From: an uncultured Eubacteriales bacterium
Lineage (GTDB): Bacteria; Bacillota; Clostridia; Christensenellales; Borkfalkiaceae
Assembly (NCBI GenBank): GCA_900543915.1
Contig: UQTB01000006.1
Coordinates: forward strand, 10,339-74,338
Length of the DNA: 64,000 nucleotides
Direction of reading: 5' to 3'
The notes under the pieces were generated by a model. That model did no database searches and was not told where the DNA came from. It was given only the letters and a program-made list of their open reading frames with translations. A program made the position numbers and the translations under genes. Positions 30,670 to 39,673 of the stretch are shown one piece after another (position 1 is the stretch's first letter; each line of letters begins with the position of its first letter).

Positions 30670-30682
30670 CAAGGAGCGCTTT

Positions 30683-31603
30683 ATGGAAGAAAAATACATC
30701 ATAGACACCGATATCGGGGACGATATCGACGACGCGTTCGCCCTTCTTTTGGCGTTGCGCGCAGAGCTCGATCTCGTCGGCATCACGACAGTCTTCCGCA
30801 ATTCTCTGCAGCGCGCGAAGATGACAAAGCGGCTGCTTTCCCTCTTCGGCAAGCCGGAGATCCCCGTCCGCGCGGGGGTGGATACGGCAATCACGCAGAG
30901 AATGGAATACCTGCTGCCCGCAGAGATGCTGGCAAAGGAAGAAAGCGCCGGATATTACACGCTGCCCCAGTATTTGCCGGAGATGGAGGAGGAACAGATA
31001 GACGAAGAACACGCGGTGGACTTTATCATCCGCCAGGCGAGAACGTATCCCGGTCAGCTCGTGCTGATCGCCATAGGGCCCTTTTCCAACGCGGCGATGG
31101 CGCTGCGGAAGGCGCCCGATATCGCGGATAAACTCAAAGAGATCCGCATCATCGGCGGTTACTATACGGCGGACGTAGCCGAATGGAACATTTTATGCGA
31201 TCCCGAATCGGCGAAAATCGTCTTCGGCGCCGGAGTCCCCGTCAAGGCGTTCGGGCTGGACATCACCATGAATTGCCCGCTCACGGACGAAGACCTGGCG
31301 CATTACGCCTCCATGCCCGCCCCCTGCGACAAGCTGGTCGGCCGCATGATGGAAAAGTGGTTTGAGCACTACCGCTTCGAGCGCCCGGTGGTGCACGACG
31401 CGGTGATGATCGCGGATATTCTCGATCCCGGCGTCGTGCGTTACGAGACGAAATTCGTCCGCATCGGCGTCGCCGGCGCGGAACGCGGCAAATCCATCGT
31501 GGAATCTGAAAAGAACGCTGAAAACGCGGCGGTATCCGTCGGCCTCGGGCTCGATCCCGGTCGGTTCTTCAGGCTCTTCCGCCGCTACGTATTCCGGCAA
31601 TAA
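30683..31603 (+). CDS. Nucleoside hydrolase family protein (IU-nucleoside hydrolase fold)
   Basis: N-terminal DTDIGDDIDDAFAL aspartate cluster diagnostic of the nucleoside hydrolase family. Confidence 0.8.
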   Translation: MEEKYIIDTDIGDDIDDAFALLLALRAELDLVGITTVFRNSLQRAKMTKRLLSLFGKPEIPVRAGVDTAITQRMEYLLPAEMLAKEESAGYYTLPQYLPEMEEEQIDEEHAVDFIIRQARTYPGQLVLIAIGPFSNAAMALRKAPDIADKLKEIRIIGGYYTADVAEWNILCDPESAKIVFGAGVPVKAFGLDITMNCPLTDEDLAHYASMPAPCDKLVGRMMEKWFEHYRFERPVVHDAVMIADILDPGVVRYETKFVRIGVAGAERGKSIVESEKNAENAAVSVGLGLDPGRFFRLFRRYVFRQ

Positions 31604-31627
31604 AAATCATTAAAGGAGGAAAAAAAT

Positions 31628-33631
31628 ATGAAACGAATCAAACTAGTCAGCCTGATCCTGGCGATCGCCGTCATGACGGCATGTGCGGCCAACGTCTACG
31701 CCGCGCCGCTGAGCGATTACAAGCCGTCCTTCGCGGATTCCGTGATCGACGGGATCGGCATCACCCAGGCGGGCGAATCGGGGGGCGGCGTCATGCTCGA
31801 ACAGTACGCGCTCTCCACGCAAAATCTCTCCGCGGCAAAGTCGCTGATCATCCGCTACTACAACCCCACCGGCGCGGCGTGGCCCTTCTATCTCATCGCG
31901 CAGCAAAGCGGTGCGCTCCTCAACCCGGCGGACGGCACCGAATATCGGCTTTACGACGATTCTTTCGCGCTGGTCGAAACCGGGACCGTGCAGTACGGCG
32001 CCGTCGCGCCCGCCGCCGCAGCCGCCGGGTATCTCGTGATCCCCGCCGCGGCATTCGGGGCGCTGGGCACCGTCGAAGCGCTCTACCTCACGCTCCCCGC
32101 GGCAGCTCCGGAGCAGATCGGCGTCACCGTTCTGCACTTCGGATGGATCGGGTATTACGAGTCGGAGACGCCCGATTTCGCGACAGATTATCGGGTGCTC
32201 ACCGATTTCTCCACGTGGACGGAGGCGTATTTCGCGGGAAGAGCCACCGATCCGGCCGGCGCGGCGCTCTCCATCGTCAAGAGCACCCTGGACAAGAACG
32301 CGACGCTCTCCGGCATGATCGACGGCGTACAGATCACGCAGGTCGGGTTTCCCGGCACGTATGCGGAGGCAGGTCTGATGATCAACCGCTTCGAGACGGC
32401 GGAAGGAACCTTTGCCGACCTCAAAGACGTCACCTATTTCGCCTTTGAATACGCGAACCCCCTCGGGCGCACAGCGCTCATCAAGATGCAGGACGCCGCC
32501 GGTACGCAGGCGACGATCGCTGAGAAGTCGGAGATCACCTTCCTCGACCGTAATTTTGAAAATCCGCGCGTCGTCAGTCAGGCGGATCCCTATATGCGCA
32601 CGGATACAGGGAGCGGCTGGATGATCGTGCCCCGCACGGCGTTTACGGGGCTCGGAGATACGCTCGCGGCGTGCTATCTCCTGCTCAACGCTTATGACGC
32701 GTCCCTGAACGGCTCCGCGATCCAGTTCGGCAAGATCCTTACCTATCGGGGAGAAATTGCCGATTACACAGCGGGAGAGGTCATCGCCGATCCCTATTCC
32801 TGGTCCCTCACGGACTACACCGCCCGCCTGGCAACGACGTCGCAGAAACCCGTCGTACAGATGGCGCGCGTCCAATCTGCGCCGCTGATCGAAATTCCCA
32901 TCGCCTGCGATTTCGGCGACGTGCGGATTCTGGAGGATTTCTCCGCCGGCTACAGCGAAGACGAAGCGGAATACAACGCCGCCATGGCGGGAAAGATCTA
33001 CGACAAGGTCGGAGGGCTCACGGTGGCGCGCAGCGCTTCCGAATACGGAACGGCGCTCAAAGTAACCGTGACGGAGCCGAAAGCAGACCGGCCGGACGAT
33101 TATGCGGGGCTTACCTTCGCCGCCAAAGCCGCTGTCAACCGCTGGACGCGCTGGAAGAACGACGAGGATTCGCTCGAGGGCGTCACGCTCTTTTTCTCCA
33201 ACCGATCGGACATGGAAATTTCCTTCAGCTTTGAAATCGATGAATTCGACCCCGATCAGAATCTGTCGGAAAACCCCAGCGGAGAACGCTGGAGCGTGGC
33301 GCTGGGCGCGCGCGTCATTCTCTACGATACCGTAAAAGAGCAGCAGTCCCTCGTTCACGCTACGCCCACCGTCAATATTCCCGCAGGGTTTACCGGCTGG
33401 GTTAGGATCCCCGTAAGCGGATTCAAGAAAGCGGCATGGTGCACCTGGGGCAATTCCGTACTCGACCTGACGAACGTACCGCAGTTCACCCTGGCGTTCA
33501 ATACGCAGATCAATCTCGGCGCGGAATTCGTTTTGGACAGCATCGGGCTCTACTATAACAAGACCGTCGTCAAATCCATGTTCCGCGACAACGGCAGCTC
33601 CTTAAAGGACAATATGGAGGCAGGAAAATGA
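31628..33631 (+). CDS. Large secreted protein of unknown function (667 aa), probable glycan-binding or surface protein
   Basis: Signal peptide (MKRIKLVSLILAIAVMTACAANVYA). No catalytic motif recognised; coding periodicity and operon context support it as real. Confidence 0.6.
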   Translation: MKRIKLVSLILAIAVMTACAANVYAAPLSDYKPSFADSVIDGIGITQAGESGGGVMLEQYALSTQNLSAAKSLIIRYYNPTGAAWPFYLIAQQSGALLNPADGTEYRLYDDSFALVETGTVQYGAVAPAAAAAGYLVIPAAAFGALGTVEALYLTLPAAAPEQIGVTVLHFGWIGYYESETPDFATDYRVLTDFSTWTEAYFAGRATDPAGAALSIVKSTLDKNATLSGMIDGVQITQVGFPGTYAEAGLMINRFETAEGTFADLKDVTYFAFEYANPLGRTALIKMQDAAGTQATIAEKSEITFLDRNFENPRVVSQADPYMRTDTGSGWMIVPRTAFTGLGDTLAACYLLLNAYDASLNGSAIQFGKILTYRGEIADYTAGEVIADPYSWSLTDYTARLATTSQKPVVQMARVQSAPLIEIPIACDFGDVRILEDFSAGYSEDEAEYNAAMAGKIYDKVGGLTVARSASEYGTALKVTVTEPKADRPDDYAGLTFAAKAAVNRWTRWKNDEDSLEGVTLFFSNRSDMEISFSFEIDEFDPDQNLSENPSGERWSVALGARVILYDTVKEQQSLVHATPTVNIPAGFTGWVRIPVSGFKKAAWCTWGNSVLDLTNVPQFTLAFNTQINLGAEFVLDSIGLYYNKTVVKSMFRDNGSSLKDNMEAGK

Positions 33632-34734
33632 AAAAGATTACGATAATGGCATTTCTTCTGGCGTTCGTTCTCGCGTTCGGCGCGTGCGAAGAGCCCCAGA
33701 ACAACGCGCCCGTTTTGCGGAATCCCGAGGGTACGATCTCTTACCTCTTCCCCTCGTATGAAGGTTTTTATTACGAAGCACCCTCTGTTCTGACGGAGGA
33801 AAACCGCTTGGTCGTCAGCTATACCACAAACGCGACCGGGGGCTCCGAAGACAGCGTGATTGCCGTCCGCACGGCGGCAAAGAGCGGCTCCGCCTGGGAC
33901 TTTTCGGCAGAGCCCTCCGTCGCAGTCGCGCCCTCTGCGGACGGATGGGACAAATACAACGTCGGCAACGGCGACATCGTTGCAGGGAGCTTCACCTACC
34001 GGGGAACGGATTACTCTTATCTGATGGCTTATGAAGCGAGTCCCGCCGCCGCGGAAAAGCGTTTTTCCGTAGGGCTCGCCGTCTCTTCCGACCTGAAAAA
34101 CTGGGAGAAGGTGGGAAACGCCCCCTTCCTCTCCTATGATTACGAGACGTACGGCGACACCGCCGGGATCTGCTATCCCAGCCTCGTCAACCTCAACGGA
34201 AAAGGCAACATCCTGCTCTTTTATACCTACGCCTCCTCTACCGTGACCGAAACCAGGTTCGTAGAGGCAAATCTCTCCGACCTCGATCATCCCGCCGTAT
34301 CGGGCAGCATCTCCGTCGCGCACGAGGGACTTCCCCTGGACGGCAACGAGTGGGCTGTCGTGACGAATGCCGATTTCGCATACGACGCGGAAACGGATGA
34401 AATCTTCATCGTCAAGGACGGTTTCCCCTATGCCGCGCAGAACGCGCAGAAAGCGACCAAAGTCGAGATCGCCAAAATCGCGCTCGAATCTCTCTACGCG
34501 CAGACGGCGCGCTGGACGCCCGTCTGCTCGATCGTGGACGAATTCGTCGCGGGCGGGTACTCCCGCATCTACTCCGCGGCGTTCGTCTCCGACGCATGCG
34601 CATGGATTGCGGGCGAAGAAGTTTCCATCGCGTTCACCTCGGGCGTCGCGCAGAAAAACGCCGAAGACAAGACATGGATCCACAGCCCGGGCATCCATCT
34701 TCTCTCCATCGAAGCTGCACTGCGGGAGGACTGA
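33628..34734 (+). CDS. Lipoprotein, probable 5-bladed beta-propeller glycoside hydrolase (GH43/GH130-clan-like); paralog 1
   Basis: Lipobox LAFGAC. Shares FxYRGTDYxYLMAY and VGLAxSxDL blocks with the next gene, resembling beta-propeller furanosidase blades. Family assignment is tentative. Confidence 0.55.
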   Translation: MKKITIMAFLLAFVLAFGACEEPQNNAPVLRNPEGTISYLFPSYEGFYYEAPSVLTEENRLVVSYTTNATGGSEDSVIAVRTAAKSGSAWDFSAEPSVAVAPSADGWDKYNVGNGDIVAGSFTYRGTDYSYLMAYEASPAAAEKRFSVGLAVSSDLKNWEKVGNAPFLSYDYETYGDTAGICYPSLVNLNGKGNILLFYTYASSTVTETRFVEANLSDLDHPAVSGSISVAHEGLPLDGNEWAVVTNADFAYDAETDEIFIVKDGFPYAAQNAQKATKVEIAKIALESLYAQTARWTPVCSIVDEFVAGGYSRIYSAAFVSDACAWIAGEEVSIAFTSGVAQKNAEDKTWIHSPGIHLLSIEAALRED

Positions 34735-34737
34735 CCG

Positions 34738-35826
34738 TTGAAAAAATTGATCGCGCTGATCGCTTCCCTTCTTTTCCTTCTGCCGGCAGCGGGCGGCTGC
34801 GCCCCCGACAAGCCGGAAGAGAGTCCGGGCAACAACCTCCCCTTCGACGAACCGCTGGAACATGCGTTCAACTACTGTCCGTCCGTCATACAGGAAGAGG
34901 ACGGCACGCGTTACGTCTATTACTGTGCCAACAAGGTAAGCGGCGTCATTCAGGATCATATTTATTGCAGAAAGGGCACCGTGAACGCCAAAGGCGGATA
35001 CAGCTGGTCGGAAAAAACGCTGGTGCTCGCCCCCACGTTCGGCAACTTCGACGCCTTTCACTGCTGCGACCCCACCGTCATCGAGGGAGCATTCCGCTAT
35101 CGCGGCACAGACTACAAGTACCTGATGGCGTACACGGGCAACACCTCCAACATCAACAACAAAGTCGGGTTGGCTTTTTCCAACGATCTGATGTCCGGCT
35201 GGGTCAGCATGGACGAGCCCTTCATCACGTACGACGGCGACAAAACCCATTGGGGCGTCGGTCAGCCGGCACTGCTGTCCGTAGACTGTCAGGGCACGGT
35301 GCTGCTGCTTTACGCAGTCGGCGGCACCGCTACGTACATGAGGGCGGAAACATGGGCCCTGTCCGATATGTCCGAGCCGAAACGGCTCGGCGCCGCGCAG
35401 ATCACGCACAGGGGCCTTACCTCTCTCACCGGCGGAGCGGACTACCTCAACAACGCGGATATCGCCTTCGATCCCGCCACCCGGCGCTATTACTTCGTGA
35501 GCGACTGCCACCCTTACCCGACGGACGGCGATCCGCTCTTCGTGTCCGACTCCTTCCGCGTGACGTATCTCGGCGAAGCGGGCGGGATCGGCGACCTGTT
35601 TGAGAGCGCGCTTTCGCAGGCGGGAAAATCCTGGATGAATCTGGCCACCGTGGGCGAAGCGGAAACGGGTTTCAAGCGCAACAGCAACTGCGGCATCGTG
35701 AGAGATTCCTTCGGATATCTGCCGAATCCGGACGAAATCGAAATTCTGTATTCGATGAGCGAACTGGGCGGGCAGTACGAATGGACTTACCGCATTTACG
35801 CCCACACTCTCTCGATTGAAGAGTAA
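34738..35826 (+). CDS. Lipoprotein, probable 5-bladed beta-propeller glycoside hydrolase (GH43/GH130-clan-like); paralog 2
   Basis: Lipobox AAGGC; CCDPTVIEGAFRYRGTDYKYLMAY and VGLAFSNDLMSGW blocks. Family assignment is tentative. Confidence 0.55.
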   Translation: MKKLIALIASLLFLLPAAGGCAPDKPEESPGNNLPFDEPLEHAFNYCPSVIQEEDGTRYVYYCANKVSGVIQDHIYCRKGTVNAKGGYSWSEKTLVLAPTFGNFDAFHCCDPTVIEGAFRYRGTDYKYLMAYTGNTSNINNKVGLAFSNDLMSGWVSMDEPFITYDGDKTHWGVGQPALLSVDCQGTVLLLYAVGGTATYMRAETWALSDMSEPKRLGAAQITHRGLTSLTGGADYLNNADIAFDPATRRYYFVSDCHPYPTDGDPLFVSDSFRVTYLGEAGGIGDLFESALSQAGKSWMNLATVGEAETGFKRNSNCGIVRDSFGYLPNPDEIEILYSMSELGGQYEWTYRIYAHTLSIEE

Positions 35827-35840
35827 CAGGCACCCCGGCG

Positions 35841-36166
35841 CAATCAAAACCACCGGTAAAACCGGTGGTTTGCACATACCCTGAAAGGGTAACCCAGCCG
35901 CCCCGTTAACGGGTATCGCTTTTACTATAGCTTCTTATTACACTACACATCTGTAAAACAGATTCTTTATTTTATTATCGAACTGTATTAACTTTAACTA
36001 TAAGGTTACTTTTTTATTATCGAAATTTGCTCAAGCAATTTTTTATCTTCCCCCGGTAGAACCGGGGGATTTTTCATGCGAAAGCGCATTCAAAACCACC
36101 AGTTAAACTGGTGGTTTGCACACCCCCTAAAAGGGTAAGCTGCCGGCTCACCCGTTAAAGGGTACT
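35841..36166 (+). repeat. Dispersed structured repeat family 2, copy B' (~325 bp), with the three-hairpin module present at both ends
   Basis: 5' module AAACCACCGGTAAAACCGGTGGTTT / CCCTGAAAGGG / CCCCGTTAACGGG is repeated at 36090-36166 as AAACCACCAGTTAAACTGGTGGTTT / CCCTAAAAGGG / ACCCGTTAAAGGG. The changes are compensatory and preserve the stems. Confidence 0.75.
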
Positions 36167-36399
36167 GAATTTGGCAACGCATCACTATCTCCGGCAGCCG
36201 CTATGTCGTGGCTGTCTTTTTTTTGCCTTATTTACTCTTTATACCCGTGAACGGGTCTATGTACTCACTTATGCTGATTTGGTCGCGCGTATAATCTTCT
36301 TCCAACTGTTTCTTTATATACTCACTTATTACTCTCTCGTTACGCCTTACCGTAATAAGCCGTAATTCTGAAATAGTTTGCCATAATGATTTCCTCCTT

Positions 36400-37731
36400 T
36401 TAAGCGGCAAGTTTTTTGATGGTACGGTTGGCGTAAGGCAGCCAAACTTTGTTGACGTAATGCAAAATTTCTTCGTCCGGCGTTTTATTGTACGAAGCAT
36501 AGCATTGCAGTACTTTGTGTGTTCTGAGCGAGTATTCGAGCGTTACGAGCGGTTTTTCCGGTCTGTCCTTTGCGCGGATAAAGAAGATGAGCGATTGCTC
36601 CTGTGCAAACCGCTCGTCGTACTGCATTCGTCCCACGCAGTGGTGCATGAGTTCGCCCTCACGGATCAGGTCGGCGGGCGATCTTGCAATGATGCAAATG
36701 AACGCGCTCCGCTTGTTGTGCTGCAAGGGAGAATACTTTTCGGCAACTTCGGAAAACTTCTGCATCAGCGCCTGCTTTTTGCCCGCTTCTTCGAGCGCCT
36801 TTTTCTCCGCGTATTGCTGCGTGCGCAGGTCGTGGGAATAGGTAAAGTCTTTCGGAAACAGGTTGCATTTCAAAGTCATATCGATACCGAGCATTTTGCA
36901 AGCGTTCAGATAATCGAGATACAGCCGGTCGGAAACATTGTTCTTTTCGGTGTAATCAAAATACTTTTTGAGTTCAAAGCCTTGGAACAGCTCGCGTATG
37001 GGCGCCGTGCCTGCGTCCCGTTCAAACTGCTTTTTACGGAAGAGGAAGTGACCGACTTCCTTCAAAGGCAGTCCCGTTTTATACGCCTGCGTGACCGTCG
37101 TAAAGTTGTAAGAGTTGCCATACGGAAGAGCGAGTTCTTCTCTGCTGCGGGCGATCCATTTGCGGAATGCTTTGTCTTTGGCGATTTTTTTGAGCAGAGA
37201 ACGGTTTTCCGCATAAGCGCCCAGACCGAGCTTTAAGAGATATTCCGTCTGCGGGTACTGTTCGTATATCCGAAGGTAGTTGATAATGTCCCTGCCTTTG
37301 TAGAGCTGATAGGCGCTGTACCTGTATTCGGGGAATTTGCCGACTACGTCTCGATTGATGAGCATTGCGTAGGGATCGTAATATCTGGTATCCGCGGCAT
37401 ACCATTTGCCGTCCTCGAATTGTTTCTGCTGCGATTGCAGCTCCTCCGCATACCAGCCGACGCGAAAGCCGTGACCGAGATAGCTGTATTCCATATCGCG
37501 GACAAAGCAGTATTTGGAATGTACGCCGTGAACGGCAACTTGCTTGCAAGCCCAGTGTTTGTTTTTGATATTCGTAACGGCGACGGTCACTTTTACAAGC
37601 TCCTTTTTCCATACGGTCAGATAGGCGTAATAGCGCACCGTGTTTGTCTGCCAAGGCTCGATTTTCAGATCGCGCTTGTAGATGGAGTCCATAATGTATT
37701 CGGGAATGGGTTTGATGTCTTTTTCTGTCAT
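36400..37731 (-). CDS. PcfJ-like protein (conjugative-element / prophage-associated family)
   Basis: 443 aa. The C-terminal region LIREGELMHHCVGRMQYDERF matches the conserved HC-containing motif of PcfJ-domain proteins. Family recalled from memory, not searched. Confidence 0.6.
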   Translation of the reverse strand: MTEKDIKPIPEYIMDSIYKRDLKIEPWQTNTVRYYAYLTVWKKELVKVTVAVTNIKNKHWACKQVAVHGVHSKYCFVRDMEYSYLGHGFRVGWYAEELQSQQKQFEDGKWYAADTRYYDPYAMLINRDVVGKFPEYRYSAYQLYKGRDIINYLRIYEQYPQTEYLLKLGLGAYAENRSLLKKIAKDKAFRKWIARSREELALPYGNSYNFTTVTQAYKTGLPLKEVGHFLFRKKQFERDAGTAPIRELFQGFELKKYFDYTEKNNVSDRLYLDYLNACKMLGIDMTLKCNLFPKDFTYSHDLRTQQYAEKKALEEAGKKQALMQKFSEVAEKYSPLQHNKRSAFICIIARSPADLIREGELMHHCVGRMQYDERFAQEQSLIFFIRAKDRPEKPLVTLEYSLRTHKVLQCYASYNKTPDEEILHYVNKVWLPYANRTIKKLAA

Positions 37732-37736
37732 AGTTT

Positions 37737-38738
37737 TTACCTCAATGTAATTTCATTGCCGAACAGTTCGTCCAGAACGGCGAGTGCTTTCGTGTGAAAG
37801 GCGGAAAGGTCTAAATCGGGTTCGTCTTCCGAAAGATCGGGTTCTTCGATGTCGCCGTCAAATTCGCGCATCTGCGCTTCGGAGAGTATCTCGCCCGTTT
37901 CTTCGTCGATCTGTTCTTGCGGTCGTTTTTCGATAGCGCGAACGTCGTCGGGCGTTTCGCATACCGCCAGCTTGTAGCCTTTTTCCGTCAGTCGGTTTAT
38001 GTAGTTATCCGCCGCGTGGTACGGAAAGCCGATCATCGGCACGCGCTCTTTCAGTCCGCAGTCCCGCCCCGTAAGGGTAAGATCGAGTTCTTTTGCAAGC
38101 CTCACGGCATTGTCGCCGAATACCTCGTAAAAGTCGCCTAAACGGTAGATTACAACGCTGTCGGGATATTTCCTTTGTATATCCTGATAATTTCGGTATA
38201 AAGGCGAGCCCGCAGGCTTCGGCTCTTGAACTGTTTTCTTTTCTTCCTCGGCGAGTTCCGCGAGGATCTCCTGTATTTCTTCCTCGGTCGGCTCGTCGTC
38301 CTCGCATTCTTCGGAAGGCGTATTCTGCGCAGGCTCGTCCAAAAGGTCGAACATCGACATCTGCGGTTTCGGCTGCGGCTTGGGCGGTGTCTGTTTTGGC
38401 GCAGGAGTTTTCGGAACGGGCTTTTTGTATTCCTTGCCGTCCTCGGTATAGAGCGTGCCTTCGATGCTGTCCTCCTCGAAATAATGTACCGCCCAGCCGA
38501 ATACTACGCTGTCCTCGATGCACGCCGACGATGAACCTTTCTCGGCTTGCTTCCTCGCTTCGTCACAGGCGTACTGCATAAAGCCGTCCAAAGTCTTTTT
38601 GCTCAAAAGCGTTTTGCCGTCTTTTTCAATGCGCACGTCGTTGTTAATTTTCTCGGCGAGGATTTCACTGACGTTTTCTTCAAGATACTGTTTCACAAGT
38701 TCCTGTGAATTCGTTTTCGTTTCAAGATTGAGTTTCAT
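37737..38738 (-). CDS. Fusion protein: N-terminal PcfK-like domain + acidic/Pro-rich linker + C-terminal MutS domain I (mismatch-recognition domain) homolog
   Basis: Residues about 165-245, SPLYRNYQDIQRKYPDSVVIYRLGDFYEVFGDNAVRLAKELDLTLTGRDCGLKERVPMIGFPYHAADNYINRLTEKGYKLAVCE, align position by position with E. coli MutS 11-95 ([49 protein letters not shown]...[28 protein letters not shown]), including the GxFYE Phe/Glu mismatch-contact motif. No ATPase domain is present. Confidence 0.7.
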   Translation of the reverse strand: MKLNLETKTNSQELVKQYLEENVSEILAEKINNDVRIEKDGKTLLSKKTLDGFMQYACDEARKQAEKGSSSACIEDSVVFGWAVHYFEEDSIEGTLYTEDGKEYKKPVPKTPAPKQTPPKPQPKPQMSMFDLLDEPAQNTPSEECEDDEPTEEEIQEILAELAEEEKKTVQEPKPAGSPLYRNYQDIQRKYPDSVVIYRLGDFYEVFGDNAVRLAKELDLTLTGRDCGLKERVPMIGFPYHAADNYINRLTEKGYKLAVCETPDDVRAIEKRPQEQIDEETGEILSEAQMREFDGDIEEPDLSEDEPDLDLSAFHTKALAVLDELFGNEITLR

Positions 38739-39025
38739 ATATCCTCCGTGTTCGTAATTTCCAAACAGAGCAGGAAGCCCGTCTTAAAAGCAAGCGCATA
38801 GGTTTGTTCGATCAAAAATTCGTAATTGAGCGAAACGACGTCCGTATAGTCGTCCAATGCGTCTGTACCGTTTTTCGTCAGATGCTCTTTGAGCTTGTCA
38901 TATAGTTGCATTTCTTTGTCGAGCTGTTCCTGCGGCAGTTTCAGGTTTATTCCTTCGATCTCGCCTCTGGAAAGTTTTTCGATAATAGATTTCATGGCTG
39001 TACCAAAATACAAATCACGGTTCAA
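38735..39025 (-). CDS. Hypothetical small helical protein (96 aa), first gene of the PcfK/PcfJ operon
   Basis: Its stop overlaps the start of the PcfK-like gene. Charged helical composition; AT-rich context. Confidence 0.5.
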   Translation of the reverse strand: MNRDLYFGTAMKSIIEKLSRGEIEGINLKLPQEQLDKEMQLYDKLKEHLTKNGTDALDDYTDVVSLNYEFLIEQTYALAFKTGFLLCLEITNTEDI

Positions 39026-39055
39026 AAATGGAGCACGCCGAACACAAAGGCAAAA

Positions 39056-39673
39056 TTGCTACAATTCTTTGACATCCTGGAAGAGGAATATAGCGGTAGC
39101 GACCTAATTGATTTTGAGGTCCTGGAGGAGTTGAGTTCGAGCAGTGAAAGCGCGGGATATGGAATCAATAGTGATACTGCATCGTTCACGCTTTATAACA
39201 AGGAGCGCAAGTTCGACAAAGGATATTTGCGATCTTTGCTGTTGCTAAATCGTAAGGTTATCCCTTATATCGGGATTGAGCGGGATGGCGAAATAGATTA
39301 CACGAAACTTGGCACATTCTATTCCGACGAATGGACCGTGCCGCAAACGGATATCACGGTCAAATTGAAATGCGTGGATAAACTCATGAGTTTGCAGTTG
39401 GTAACTTATATCGGATTTCCGTTTACGGCAGGGACGAATTTATATGCTATTGGAGTATACATACCACTGTTGGTCGATTTTTCAAAAACGCAAATTTTAC
39501 TTTTTCTTTCCGTATTTGCCGTTATGACTATCCTATGGTGTTTTGTAAGCGCGTGTCTTATCGGAATTCCTTCGATCAAAAACAAATTACAGCGTTATAA
39601 AAATATTCTTGTTCCCGTCATTTTTGTATCCCTCGGAATTTACATACTACTGAAAAACCATTGCGCCGTATAA
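39056..39673 (+). CDS. Hypothetical protein with C-terminal TM helices in the AT-rich segment; 5' end uncertain (possible TTG start or truncated gene)
   Basis: Long open frame in low-GC DNA. The ORF-track start at 38906 overlaps the convergent 96-aa gene, and no in-frame ATG lies after 39025. Possibly a gene remnant. Confidence 0.3.
   Translation: MLQFFDILEEEYSGSDLIDFEVLEELSSSSESAGYGINSDTASFTLYNKERKFDKGYLRSLLLLNRKVIPYIGIERDGEIDYTKLGTFYSDEWTVPQTDITVKLKCVDKLMSLQLVTYIGFPFTAGTNLYAIGVYIPLLVDFSKTQILLFLSVFAVMTILWCFVSACLIGIPSIKNKLQRYKNILVPVIFVSLGIYILLKNHCAV

Noticed and set aside
31643-35877. Minus-strand ORFs of 571 aa (31643-33358) and 774 aa (33553-35877)
   Set aside because: They are antisense to three plus-strand genes with signal peptides and lipoboxes. 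The N-terminus MCKPPVLPVVLI of the 774-aa ORF is simply a translation of the family-2 hairpin.
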